A stretch of DNA of 64,000 nucleotides from an uncultured Chloroflexia bacterium (GTDB lineage: Bacteria > Chloroflexota > Anaerolineae > JAAYZQ01), in NCBI GenBank assembly GCA_963700285.1, contig CAVOXA010000010.1, positions 1,536,001-1,600,000 of the forward strand, written 5' to 3'. Below, piece after piece: positions 42,201 through 51,200 of the stretch. Each line of letters begins with the position of its first letter. Position 1 is the first letter of the stretch. The position numbers were made by a program, and so were the translations under genes. The notes under the pieces were generated by a model. It worked only from the letters and a program-made list of their open reading frames with translations. It did not search any database and was not told where the DNA came from.

Positions 42201-42253
42201 GCTCCTGATCCTGCGTTAGCGGACCGGGAGATCAGCCGAACACGCAGAGTCAC

Positions 42254-42574
42254 AGGGCAATTGCATTTGTCATTGCGAGTTCATCTATGGCGCGGGGTGC
42301 CACTCCATGCGGAAAAACTCGGCCCTCGGGAAGCCGTCATCCTGAGCGTAGCGAAGGATCTCGGTTGGGTGCAAGTGAGAGTCCCTTCGATGCTTCAGGA
42401 CAGGCATTCGCCTCCGCTGCGCTCTGGCTCAGAACATGTCCTGAGGGCAGCCGAAGGATGACGGGAGTCCAGTTTCTTGGTGGCGTCAGCGACGAAGCAA
42501 TCCCCAGAATCAGACATAGATTGCTTCACTTTGTTCGCAATGACAAACATTGGAGCCCCAAATGTAATTGCCCT
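42254..42574. mobile_element. MITE-like element with nested REP palindromes
   Basis: TIR AGGGCAATTGCATTTG / CAAATGTAATTGCCCT (15/16). Inside: GTCATTGCGAG..CGCAATGAC, GTCATCCTGAGCGTAGCGAAGGATCT, and CCTTCG..TCAGGAC / GTCCTGAG..CGAAGG. Confidence 0.65.
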
Positions 42575-42598
42575 ACCCAGAGTGAGTCATGCCGGCCC

Positions 42599-42627
42599 TT
42601 GACAGCCCGCCGGTTCGATGCTATCCT
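42599..42627 (+). promoter_or_regulatory. Sigma70 promoter upstream of the giant-protein operon
   Basis: TTGACA-N17-TATCCT with TG extension. Confidence 0.6.
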
Positions 42628-42858
42628 TATGATTGACCTCAGGGCCTTGGGAGGAAAAGGAGCTAACCATGGTGCGTCGCCACCTGAGCAGCACAGGCCA
42701 TAGCTGGTCCCTGTTTTGGGCCAGGTCTGCTGAGTGGGCCTCTCCTCCACCTTGGCGGGCGCTCGCCTTCCCGGGAGAACAGTCTCCAGCCTGTCCTGGG
42801 GATCCAAGCGATGGGTCAGATGGCCTGCGCCACAGATCCAGTTGCATCCAGTCTGAAT

Positions 42859-42898
42859 AGCCCGTCCAGGGTCTATTTGCGGCCCGGCGGGCTTTTTT
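42859..42898 (+). terminator. Intrinsic terminator/attenuator in the leader of the 42942 gene
   Basis: AGCCCG..GGGTC-loop-GGCCCGGCGGGCT followed by TTTTT, about 45 nt before the start codon. Confidence 0.65.
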
Positions 42899-42941
42899 CG
42901 TCCGGCAGAGAGACAATTCTTTCGTACTCAAGGAGGCGTAC

Positions 42942-45900
42942 ATGAAGATCGAAGGACTGACCTGGGGAGTTGGGTTGCTCGTTGCCCTGGTACTCTTGTG
43001 CTTGGTCCTGGCCGTGCAGCCAGCGACGGCCTACACGCAGGGGACTGCCCCGGCTGAGGGCCCCGATTGCGACAACCCACCCACGGGCGAGCGGGCGCGG
43101 CTGCTGGGAGACAGCGAGATCGCCATCACCTGGCGGGCCGACAAGTACAAAAACCTCGCCTACGCGAACATTGACGACGTAGGTGGAAACCTGGCCTGGG
43201 GGCATGTCTCGGATGACATGGTCCAGGAGTCCCTCCTCACAGACATCCGCTGGCCGGCGGCTGCTATGGCGGACGTGAACGGCGACGGCAAAGAGCAGAT
43301 GGTGCTCGCCTATCGGGACAAGGAACAGGGTGTGGGCGCGGCGTTGGTGGTCCCGCACACTGGCGGAACTCCTTCGAGCCTGAGTCTCTGGCTTGGTGGT
43401 CTGAGCGATAACCGTCAGGGCAAAAACGTGGCCTGGATCGACGTCGCGGCCGGCAACCTGAATGGGCACACGACCGGGGATAAGGATGACGAGATCGCCC
43501 TCGCCTTTGCCGACGACACCAACGCCCTACAGGTGCTGGTGCTGGGTGAGGAGTGGTTCAAAAACATTGGCCCCGAGCCCATGGCGGTCTACCGCGATCC
43601 CTCCACGCTGGGCCGGGGAAACGTCAAGTACGTAGCCGTGGCCACGGGGGACCTGGACGGCGATGGCTACGACAACGAGATCGTCGCCGCCTTTCAGGAC
43701 GGCAGCAAGCACCTCCAGGCCATCATCTTAAAGATGGAAGGAGGTACAGGCAAAGAGGGCACCCTGAAGCTGCTGTGGTCCAAGTCCTGGCAGGACCACT
43801 ACCGGCAGCCCGACGCGCAGAACGGCAATGCCAAGAACGCCCGGCCCGTCGACGTCACGACGGGCGACATCGACGGCGACTACCGCGACGAGGTCATCAT
43901 TGGCTTCCGGGACGGCGATCTGCACTTTAGCTCATACGGCACCGCCCAGCTTCTGGTCCTGGACCGCCAGCAAAGCGATGGGTCCTACGACGACAGTACT
44001 TTCATCCAGCGCAGCCCTGCCGACCTGTCCTGCTCCTCTCCTTATCCGCCCTCCGTGTCCCTGGCAGCCGGCGACCTGGATGGCGACGGGGCGGACGAGA
44101 TAGCCCTGGCCTACGCCGGGGTCTGCGCCTGCGGCGGGAAAGCGACGGTCCAGCTTGTGACCTACGAGGGGGCGCAGTTCAACCAGTGGGGCTGGCCAGA
44201 ACTGACCCTCACAGCTCGCCCTGGCCACTGGCAAAAGCAGGTCGGGACCTCGGGCAAGTTCACCACCTCCGGGCCGAGTCCCTTTTACTACCTGAGCGTG
44301 GACGCCGACGATCTGGACCGCGATGGAGAGGCCGAGATCGCGCTGGCCTATACCTCCGACGCGGGGGAGATCATCGTGCAGGCCTTTGACGCGGCCAGCG
44401 GCCTAACCCCGGCCGGTTCCATCGCATCCAAGTACAGCGGCGCCGATAAGGTCCAGGAATTTTGGCTGGCCGTGGGGGATATGGACGGGGACAGCCTGTA
44501 CAGCACCTACACGGGCAACTGTTACCAGGGCAAGGACCTGTACCCTTCGGGCCTGGTCCATGCCCCACCGCACTGGTCGGAGGATGAGCACAACAGCTCC
44601 CATGCCGACGCCGAGTTCAAGACGACGCTCAAGACGGAGCAGGGGGAAAAGCATACTAGCGAGACCGGCTATGGCGGCTCGGCGAAACTGGGGCTAGAAT
44701 TTGCCCACATCGGCTACTCTTCGACCTACGAGTTTGAAAAGTCCGTCGCCAATGAGAACGAGGTGTTGACGGCCATCATCGATTCGGTCGGGTCGGCCAC
44801 CTGCTCCCCCTTCTCCTGCGGGGACGACGCCTACTTTGAGGCCGTAGGATACAACATGTGCCCCCGCTGGTGCTTTGAGTACAAGGATGATGAAAAGGGC
44901 ACGCCGATCACGGTCTGTACCCCGCGTCCCGCCGATGAGTGTGAGGCGAACAAGGCCAACATCGATTACTGGTACGGGACCCTGCGGGCCAAGTACCCCG
45001 ATTCCTGGGTGCCGGTGGGCATGAACCTGGCCAGGAGCAAGCCGGCCGAACAATCCAGCACGGCCTACGATGGCGTGGCCTCGCGGGCCGTGGACGGGAA
45101 CACCGATGGCGACTATGCCAACGGCTCGGTCACCTTTGCTCAGGAGGGAACCAACCCCTGGTGGCAGGTGGACCTGGGCACAGCGCCCACCATCCACGCC
45201 GTTCAGCTCTGGAACCGGACCGATGGCGCCCCAGAGGTCCCGGCGCGGCTGTCCGATTTCTACGTCTTTGTGTCCAAGGATCCCTTTACCTCCACGCTCC
45301 CCGACGACACGGTGGCACAGCCGGGAGTGTGGCACTACCACCACCAGGAGGCGTCCGGGCAGCTGACGACCATCACCTTCAACGAACTGTTGGATCCCAG
45401 CGGCAATGCCCCCGAGGGGAGCGAGCAGGTACAGGGCCGCTACGTGCGCGTCCAGTTGGCGGGCGGCTACCGGAACCCCCTCTCCCTGGCCGAGGTCCAG
45501 GTTTGGGGCGCCCTGAGGGACGTGGATCAATGGCCTACCGAAAAGCCGGTGCCGGACCCGGACGGAGAAATCTTCACCATCAAACTGCGCGACGGGAGCC
45601 AGCAGGTGGTCGACGGCCAGCACGTCTATAGCTGGCAGGGCGCCAAGCTGGGCGTCAATCCAGGCGGCGCCGCAACCTGGAGCACGGCCCAGGATCAAAC
45701 CTGGGAACAAGCCACGGAATGGAGCACGGCAGCGACGAGCAAGCTCGGCCTGGAACTCGTCTTCATCGGCGGCGACTATGTCATGACCAGTAAGGAGGTC
45801 AAGTCCCGGATCATGCAATGGTCCAAGGAGACCGAATTCGCAGGTGCAGTGGGGCCGGTCCACGCAGACGAGGATAGCTACAACTATGCCCCGTACGTCT

Positions 45901-48143
45901 GGCTTCAGCAGGCGACTTCCAGTGCGGGGACCGAGCAGGCCTTCCTGGTCGTCGACTACTGGGTGCCCAGCCTGGGGCTGGCTGCACTGGCGGCAGACAC
46001 CACGCAGGCGGGCCCCCTGGTTGGTCTCACCCCCAGGGCTCCCCGTATCGACAGCCCTACCCATCCCGGCCCAAACGACTGGTACGCGGCCAACACGGCA
46101 ACCTTCAACTGGAAGCAACCCAATAGCGACAACGCCAAGGTAGTCGGCTACCGCTGGCACCTGGATGGGCTGTCCGACACCATCCCCGCCCCCTTTAGCC
46201 AGGGCCGGATCAAAACCGAGAGCTACGAGAACCTGGCTGATGGCATCTGGTACCTGCACGTGCGGGCCCTGGGTGACAATGGCCAGTGGAGCGAAACCGC
46301 CCACCATGCCATCCGCGTCGACGTCGAGGCCCCCCAGGTCGAACTATCGCTGGACCCGCCGCTGCCCACGGGCCACGACGACTGGTACAGAACGCCGGTG
46401 ACGGCAACCGTTGCTGCCACGGATGGCTTTGGCTCGGGCGTCACGGCGTTGAAAGTGAGCACCGACGGCGCGGCATGGCAGCCCTACACCGGCCCGTGGC
46501 GCTTTGAGGCCGACACGGCAGGAACCACCGTCTGGGCCCGGGCAACCGATGGCGCAGGCCATACCTCGGAGCCGGTATCGACCACCTTCAAGATCGACCA
46601 GACGCCGCCCACCTCCAAGGTCCCGGCTGGCGGGCCGATGCCCGGCGCCTGGATAGCCGAAGTCATGACCGACACGCTGGGCAACGATCACCTGGTACTG
46701 GCCGGCGTGATCGATGACGCCCACGCGGGCCGGGCAGGGCTGGATCTGCGGGCCAAGGGCCTCGATTGGATGTCGGCCAACAGCACCAGCGCGGGGGATT
46801 TACAGTTCGACGCCCCAGGCGTGGAGGTGCACTGGGTATACACGGCCACCAACGAGTTGGGCCGGGGAAACCACACCTTCTACGGACAGGCTCACGACCG
46901 GGCGGGCAACGTGGAGGACACTTATGAACTGGCCAGGGTTGTCTGGTTCCCCAAGAGCGCGCCCGACCTGGTCGGAAGCGACATGACAGTCTCGCCAGCA
47001 GTCGCCCGGCCGGGCGACGAGGTGGCCTTTGTCATCGCCGCGCGTAACGGCGGTTACCAGGAGGCCTGGGTGCAGGTTAGCGACAAGCTGCCCGCGGGGC
47101 TTTCGCCGGTAATGGATGGCCTGGGCAACGACGTGACCTACGATCCAGTTACCAATACCATTACCTGGCCGTCCCGGTTGCTGTGGCCGGGTGAGTGGGT
47201 CCGGCTGCGCTTCTGGGCGCAGGTGGACGGCGGCGCGGGGGCCGCTACCCTGGAGAACCAGGCCACGGCCCGCGCCTTCTGGCCCAACAGCGGAGATCTG
47301 CCAGAGGCCGAGCGCCAGCGCTTCGCCGATAGGGAGCGGACGGTGAACCTGAGCGCCACGCTGACTGTGGCCCCGGGCCTGGCGGCCGGGACTGACGTCA
47401 CGGCACCCTGGGCCAGTCTGGAGGTGCTCAGTGGGCAGGCCGTGAGCCAACGGGAGGTGCAACTGGCCATCCAGGCCCCCTCCGACGCCAGCCGGATGTA
47501 CCTGCGCGAGTGGACCCTGTCTCCGGATACCGGCGCCTGGGCCGTTGTCCGGAACAGCGGCTGGCTGGCCTACAGCCGGACACACACTTGGACCCTTTCA
47601 CCGGGGAACGGAGTCAAGTACCTGGGCGTCTGGGTGGCCGACGAAGCGGGGAACGTCTCGATCCTGGACGAGCACAGCCTGGCTTTCACCAACCTGGTAG
47701 GTGGCAGCCAGAGCCTGGCGGACGGGCAGCGGGCCCAGTACCGCTTTGAGGTTCGCCAGCACGCGTTTGCCGGCGCCTACGTGGCCGCGCTGGGGGGCGA
47801 TCCGGACCTGTACGTCTGGATGCCTCGCCATGCCTTCCGGCCCTCCCACTTTAGCAATGGCACAGGGACGGTGGATGAGGTTAGTGGCTGGGTACAAGAG
47901 CCGGGCATCTGTCTGCTGGAGGTCGCAGCCGTGGGCGACAGCCGGTATGAGCTGCGCCTGCGCGAGTTCGATGCCCTGGAGGCCGGCGACCAGGCCCAAG
48001 GCACGATGCTTTCGCTCGCCGAAAAGGCACGGCCCATGCACCCCCTGACTGTCTCCGATCCGCTGAGCGCGGGTCCGGTAAAGCCGCCCGCATCCGGGGG
48101 AGGCATCGAGATCTATCTACCGCTGGCCTTCAGGAAGGGATAG
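42942..48143 (+). CDS. Giant secreted protein: FG-GAP/VCBS repeats, F5/8 type C (F-type lectin-like) domain, Ig-like and DUF11 domains, YLP tail
   Basis: Signal peptide; repeated GDLDGDG..EI; QSSTAYDGVASRAVDGNT..PWWQVDLG..GRYVRVQL..LSLAEVQV; ARPGDEV..VSDKLPAGL; ends IEIYLPLAFRKG*. Confidence 0.85.
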   Translation: MKIEGLTWGVGLLVALVLLCLVLAVQPATAYTQGTAPAEGPDCDNPPTGERARLLGDSEIAITWRADKYKNLAYANIDDVGGNLAWGHVSDDMVQESLLTDIRWPAAAMADVNGDGKEQMVLAYRDKEQGVGAALVVPHTGGTPSSLSLWLGGLSDNRQGKNVAWIDVAAGNLNGHTTGDKDDEIALAFADDTNALQVLVLGEEWFKNIGPEPMAVYRDPSTLGRGNVKYVAVATGDLDGDGYDNEIVAAFQDGSKHLQAIILKMEGGTGKEGTLKLLWSKSWQDHYRQPDAQNGNAKNARPVDVTTGDIDGDYRDEVIIGFRDGDLHFSSYGTAQLLVLDRQQSDGSYDDSTFIQRSPADLSCSSPYPPSVSLAAGDLDGDGADEIALAYAGVCACGGKATVQLVTYEGAQFNQWGWPELTLTARPGHWQKQVGTSGKFTTSGPSPFYYLSVDADDLDRDGEAEIALAYTSDAGEIIVQAFDAASGLTPAGSIASKYSGADKVQEFWLAVGDMDGDSLYSTYTGNCYQGKDLYPSGLVHAPPHWSEDEHNSSHADAEFKTTLKTEQGEKHTSETGYGGSAKLGLEFAHIGYSSTYEFEKSVANENEVLTAIIDSVGSATCSPFSCGDDAYFEAVGYNMCPRWCFEYKDDEKGTPITVCTPRPADECEANKANIDYWYGTLRAKYPDSWVPVGMNLARSKPAEQSSTAYDGVASRAVDGNTDGDYANGSVTFAQEGTNPWWQVDLGTAPTIHAVQLWNRTDGAPEVPARLSDFYVFVSKDPFTSTLPDDTVAQPGVWHYHHQEASGQLTTITFNELLDPSGNAPEGSEQVQGRYVRVQLAGGYRNPLSLAEVQVWGALRDVDQWPTEKPVPDPDGEIFTIKLRDGSQQVVDGQHVYSWQGAKLGVNPGGAATWSTAQDQTWEQATEWSTAATSKLGLELVFIGGDYVMTSKEVKSRIMQWSKETEFAGAVGPVHADEDSYNYAPYVWLQQATSSAGTEQAFLVVDYWVPSLGLAALAADTTQAGPLVGLTPRAPRIDSPTHPGPNDWYAANTATFNWKQPNSDNAKVVGYRWHLDGLSDTIPAPFSQGRIKTESYENLADGIWYLHVRALGDNGQWSETAHHAIRVDVEAPQVELSLDPPLPTGHDDWYRTPVTATVAATDGFGSGVTALKVSTDGAAWQPYTGPWRFEADTAGTTVWARATDGAGHTSEPVSTTFKIDQTPPTSKVPAGGPMPGAWIAEVMTDTLGNDHLVLAGVIDDAHAGRAGLDLRAKGLDWMSANSTSAGDLQFDAPGVEVHWVYTATNELGRGNHTFYGQAHDRAGNVEDTYELARVVWFPKSAPDLVGSDMTVSPAVARPGDEVAFVIAARNGGYQEAWVQVSDKLPAGLSPVMDGLGNDVTYDPVTNTITWPSRLLWPGEWVRLRFWAQVDGGAGAATLENQATARAFWPNSGDLPEAERQRFADRERTVNLSATLTVAPGLAAGTDVTAPWASLEVLSGQAVSQREVQLAIQAPSDASRMYLREWTLSPDTGAWAVVRNSGWLAYSRTHTWTLSPGNGVKYLGVWVADEAGNVSILDEHSLAFTNLVGGSQSLADGQRAQYRFEVRQHAFAGAYVAALGGDPDLYVWMPRHAFRPSHFSNGTGTVDEVSGWVQEPGICLLEVAAVGDSRYELRLREFDALEAGDQAQGTMLSLAEKARPMHPLTVSDPLSAGPVKPPASGGGIEIYLPLAFRKG

Positions 48144-48235
48144 CCTGCTCAGCCTTGGTGGGGAGCCGCCGGACCAGCGGCTCCCCACAGGGCTCGGTGC
48201 CTGCGGGCTCGACAGAACCAGAGAAGGAGGATTGA

Positions 48236-51200
48236 GTGAAGAAAAGTGCGTACTGGTTCCTTAACGTTGTTCTCTTGTTGGCGTTGGTCCTGGGCAGCGC
48301 GATGATGCCTGCCCAGGTCCTGGGGGAAGATCTGAGCAGGACAGTGGCGGCCGGCGCTGCCACCGGGGCCGCGGCGCCGGGCGCATCCTTGGGCGTGCCG
48401 CCGCTGGAACTGACCGTGACGGGAGATGCACCGCTGCAAGTCCCATTCAAGCTAGATCTGGAGATGATGTTGGGGCCCTATTCCAACCAGAACACCTATC
48501 GCCTGGACCAACCTGCTTCCTGGGGGAGCCCCGGATTCGTGGAACAGACGGTCTCTCGCAGCGATGTCGCCGCAGTGCCGGTCGGTGGCGAGCGTTTCCT
48601 GGCGGTCTGGATGGATGACGTCGCTGGGGCCCTGCGTGCTTTTGTCGGGTGGCCCCAGTCCGACTATCCTGGCGTCGCCACCAACCTTGGCTTGAAGGCG
48701 AAGGGCAATTCCGTCCTGGCGCCCCTCACGCCGGATCTGGTTCTCGCCCTGGCCAGAGACACGGGCGATTTCGTCCAGTTCCGGTGGTGGCAAGGGACGG
48801 AAGGTGACCCTTGGGTGGGGGCCTGGCAGCAGGTGCCGGGCAACTACCGGGTGGGATCGGACCTGGCCGCCGTCGCCAAGGACTCGAGCCACGTTGCCCT
48901 CTTTTTTCGCGACAGCGGGAGCGGGACGGTCAAGTTCACCGAGTGGCAGGCCGGCGTCGACTGGCGCTCCGAACCGATCGACCTGGGCAACCCGCCTGGC
49001 ACGCAGATTGTGTCGGAACTGGCTGCCGTGTCGCGCAACGAGCGGCACCTGGCCGTCTTTGGCGTAGGCCAGGACAACGTGCTGTATTGTCGGGAGTGGA
49101 CCAATCTTAACAAATCGGACTGGAGCGATACGGCCTGGACCCAAGTGCTGCCCCACGTCTGGAACAACGGCCGTATCAGCGCCGCCTCTCGGCACAACAA
49201 CCACATGGCCGTCGCCGTGATTCGGACCGATCGTTCGGTTGCCTACCAGGAGTGGCTGGCCGCAAGCGGCTGGAGCAACCCGCAGGCTCTGGGCAACCCC
49301 GGCTTTCCTCCCACCCAGGCGCCCACCATCGCCGTCTCTGCCATCGACACCATGATCTTTCTGGGGGTGGACAGCGGCGGCACGCTAAAGCGGAACGTGT
49401 GCGGTCCCGCTCCGGGCAAATGCTCAGGCTGGACCAATTGGACGGATATGTGGCAGCCCGATCAGCATGTGGCGGCTGCCGTCAGACGGCCGCACGACCT
49501 GATCGTCCTAGGGCGGGCATTGCCCGAGTTTCCCTGGAGCAACCGGGTTTCGTTCGTACAGTACACCCGCGAATTCGTTAACCCCGTACCGCGGGCGGTG
49601 GGTGCTAATCACAACTGGGCCGATATCAACGGACAGGTGATCGCCACGGTGCAGGGCAAGACCATCTGGGTTGACGTTTGCCCAACGTCCACCTACGGGT
49701 GCCAGATGGCTGCGGCCGAGACAAGCAACTGGTCGGTGAGCGGCTGGGCGCAGTTGGACAACGGGCTGTGTGATGGCACAGGGCGGAGTGTCGCCGTGGA
49801 CGCGGGGGACCTGGACGGCGACGGCGACGACGAGGTTGTGGTGGTCACGCCGGTCGGCCAGTCGATCGACACCTCGGTGGTGCAGATCGGCTACCAGGGC
49901 ACGCCGGCCCTGAGGCTCACCCCGAGCAGAAGAAGAGACAGGCGCTGGGGGAGGGCTCTGAACCTCAGCAAGTCGACGTGGCCATTGGCGACCTGGACGG
50001 CGATGGCCGCAAGAACGAGGTCGTCGTGGCCTACAACACCACGCCTGGCCGCGCACGAGCACGGGACGATCGGCGTGTATCTGTACCAGTACCAGGACGA
50101 TCAGGGCCTTCAGCTTCAGGGACAACCGCAATCCTTCTCCCCCTGGACCGAGGGGGACCAGCCCCCGGCTACTGTATGGGATTTTGAGATCGCCGTGGGC
50201 AAGGTCCGCGCCACTGCTGACAATCACGAGCAGTTGGTACTGGCGAGTTGAGGGGCTGTGCCAGGCAAGAAGCAGTGGTACGGTGTTGATTGGGAAGCCT
50301 ACCTCTACGAGTGGGCTGAAGGACCAACGCGGGGACAGGAGACTGGTCGAGATAGAGCAGCAATACGGACTCGGGCCCGGTTGAGCCCAGAGGAGGCGAT
50401 TGGCCATGCGGTCGGACCTATTCCATCGCCCTGGCGACCGGCGATCTGGTACGGCGACGGGTTGGAAGAGGTCGTTTTCTCGCATCCCCTCGGCTCTACA
50501 CCAGTGCCGAGATCTGGCTTCCCGGGAGTATCTCATCAAGAACGGTATGAAGCTGCCGTCCGACTCCTGGCCGTGGGCGACATCGACGGGGACAGCCGGG
50601 CCGAGATCGCTCAGGTTCACCGATCTCTCTGCAGGCACCCTGGAGATCATCGATTGGGCCGATGTCCCGCATGACGTCAGAATATCGGGAGTATTCACCA
50701 ACACCCACCTGTACGTGACCGGCCAACTCGTGGGCTTCAAGGGGGTGCCGCTCCTCGCCGACCTGGATAACGACTCGCTGCAGAGCCGAGCTGAGAGAAT
50801 GCGATGACTACAGCGACGTGAATGTGATCGCGGTGGTCAACGGCGTGCCCCGCTACTACGAGGACGACGAGCCGATGCAGGAGAATGGTGGAGGATATGC
50901 CACAGGCAACACCAACATAGACGGGCCGAGGAGAACGGCACAACGGCATTCTATGGGGGCTCCGTCGCGATGGGCTACAGAAGGAGGTTCAAGGACGGCT
51001 TGTATTCAAGGGCTGAGTGTCAAAGCGGAGGCAGAGTTCCTGGGCAGAACCGGCCAGTCCACCGAGACGGAGACGAGCACCAAGAGGAGAGGGGCGAAGT
51101 TCGAACCAGGAGACCGTGGTATCGTGGTCTATCGGCTCCTCGAGCTACAAGTGCTGCCCTTCGACGCCTACTACCCCTCGGCGCCGGACGACAAGTCCAC

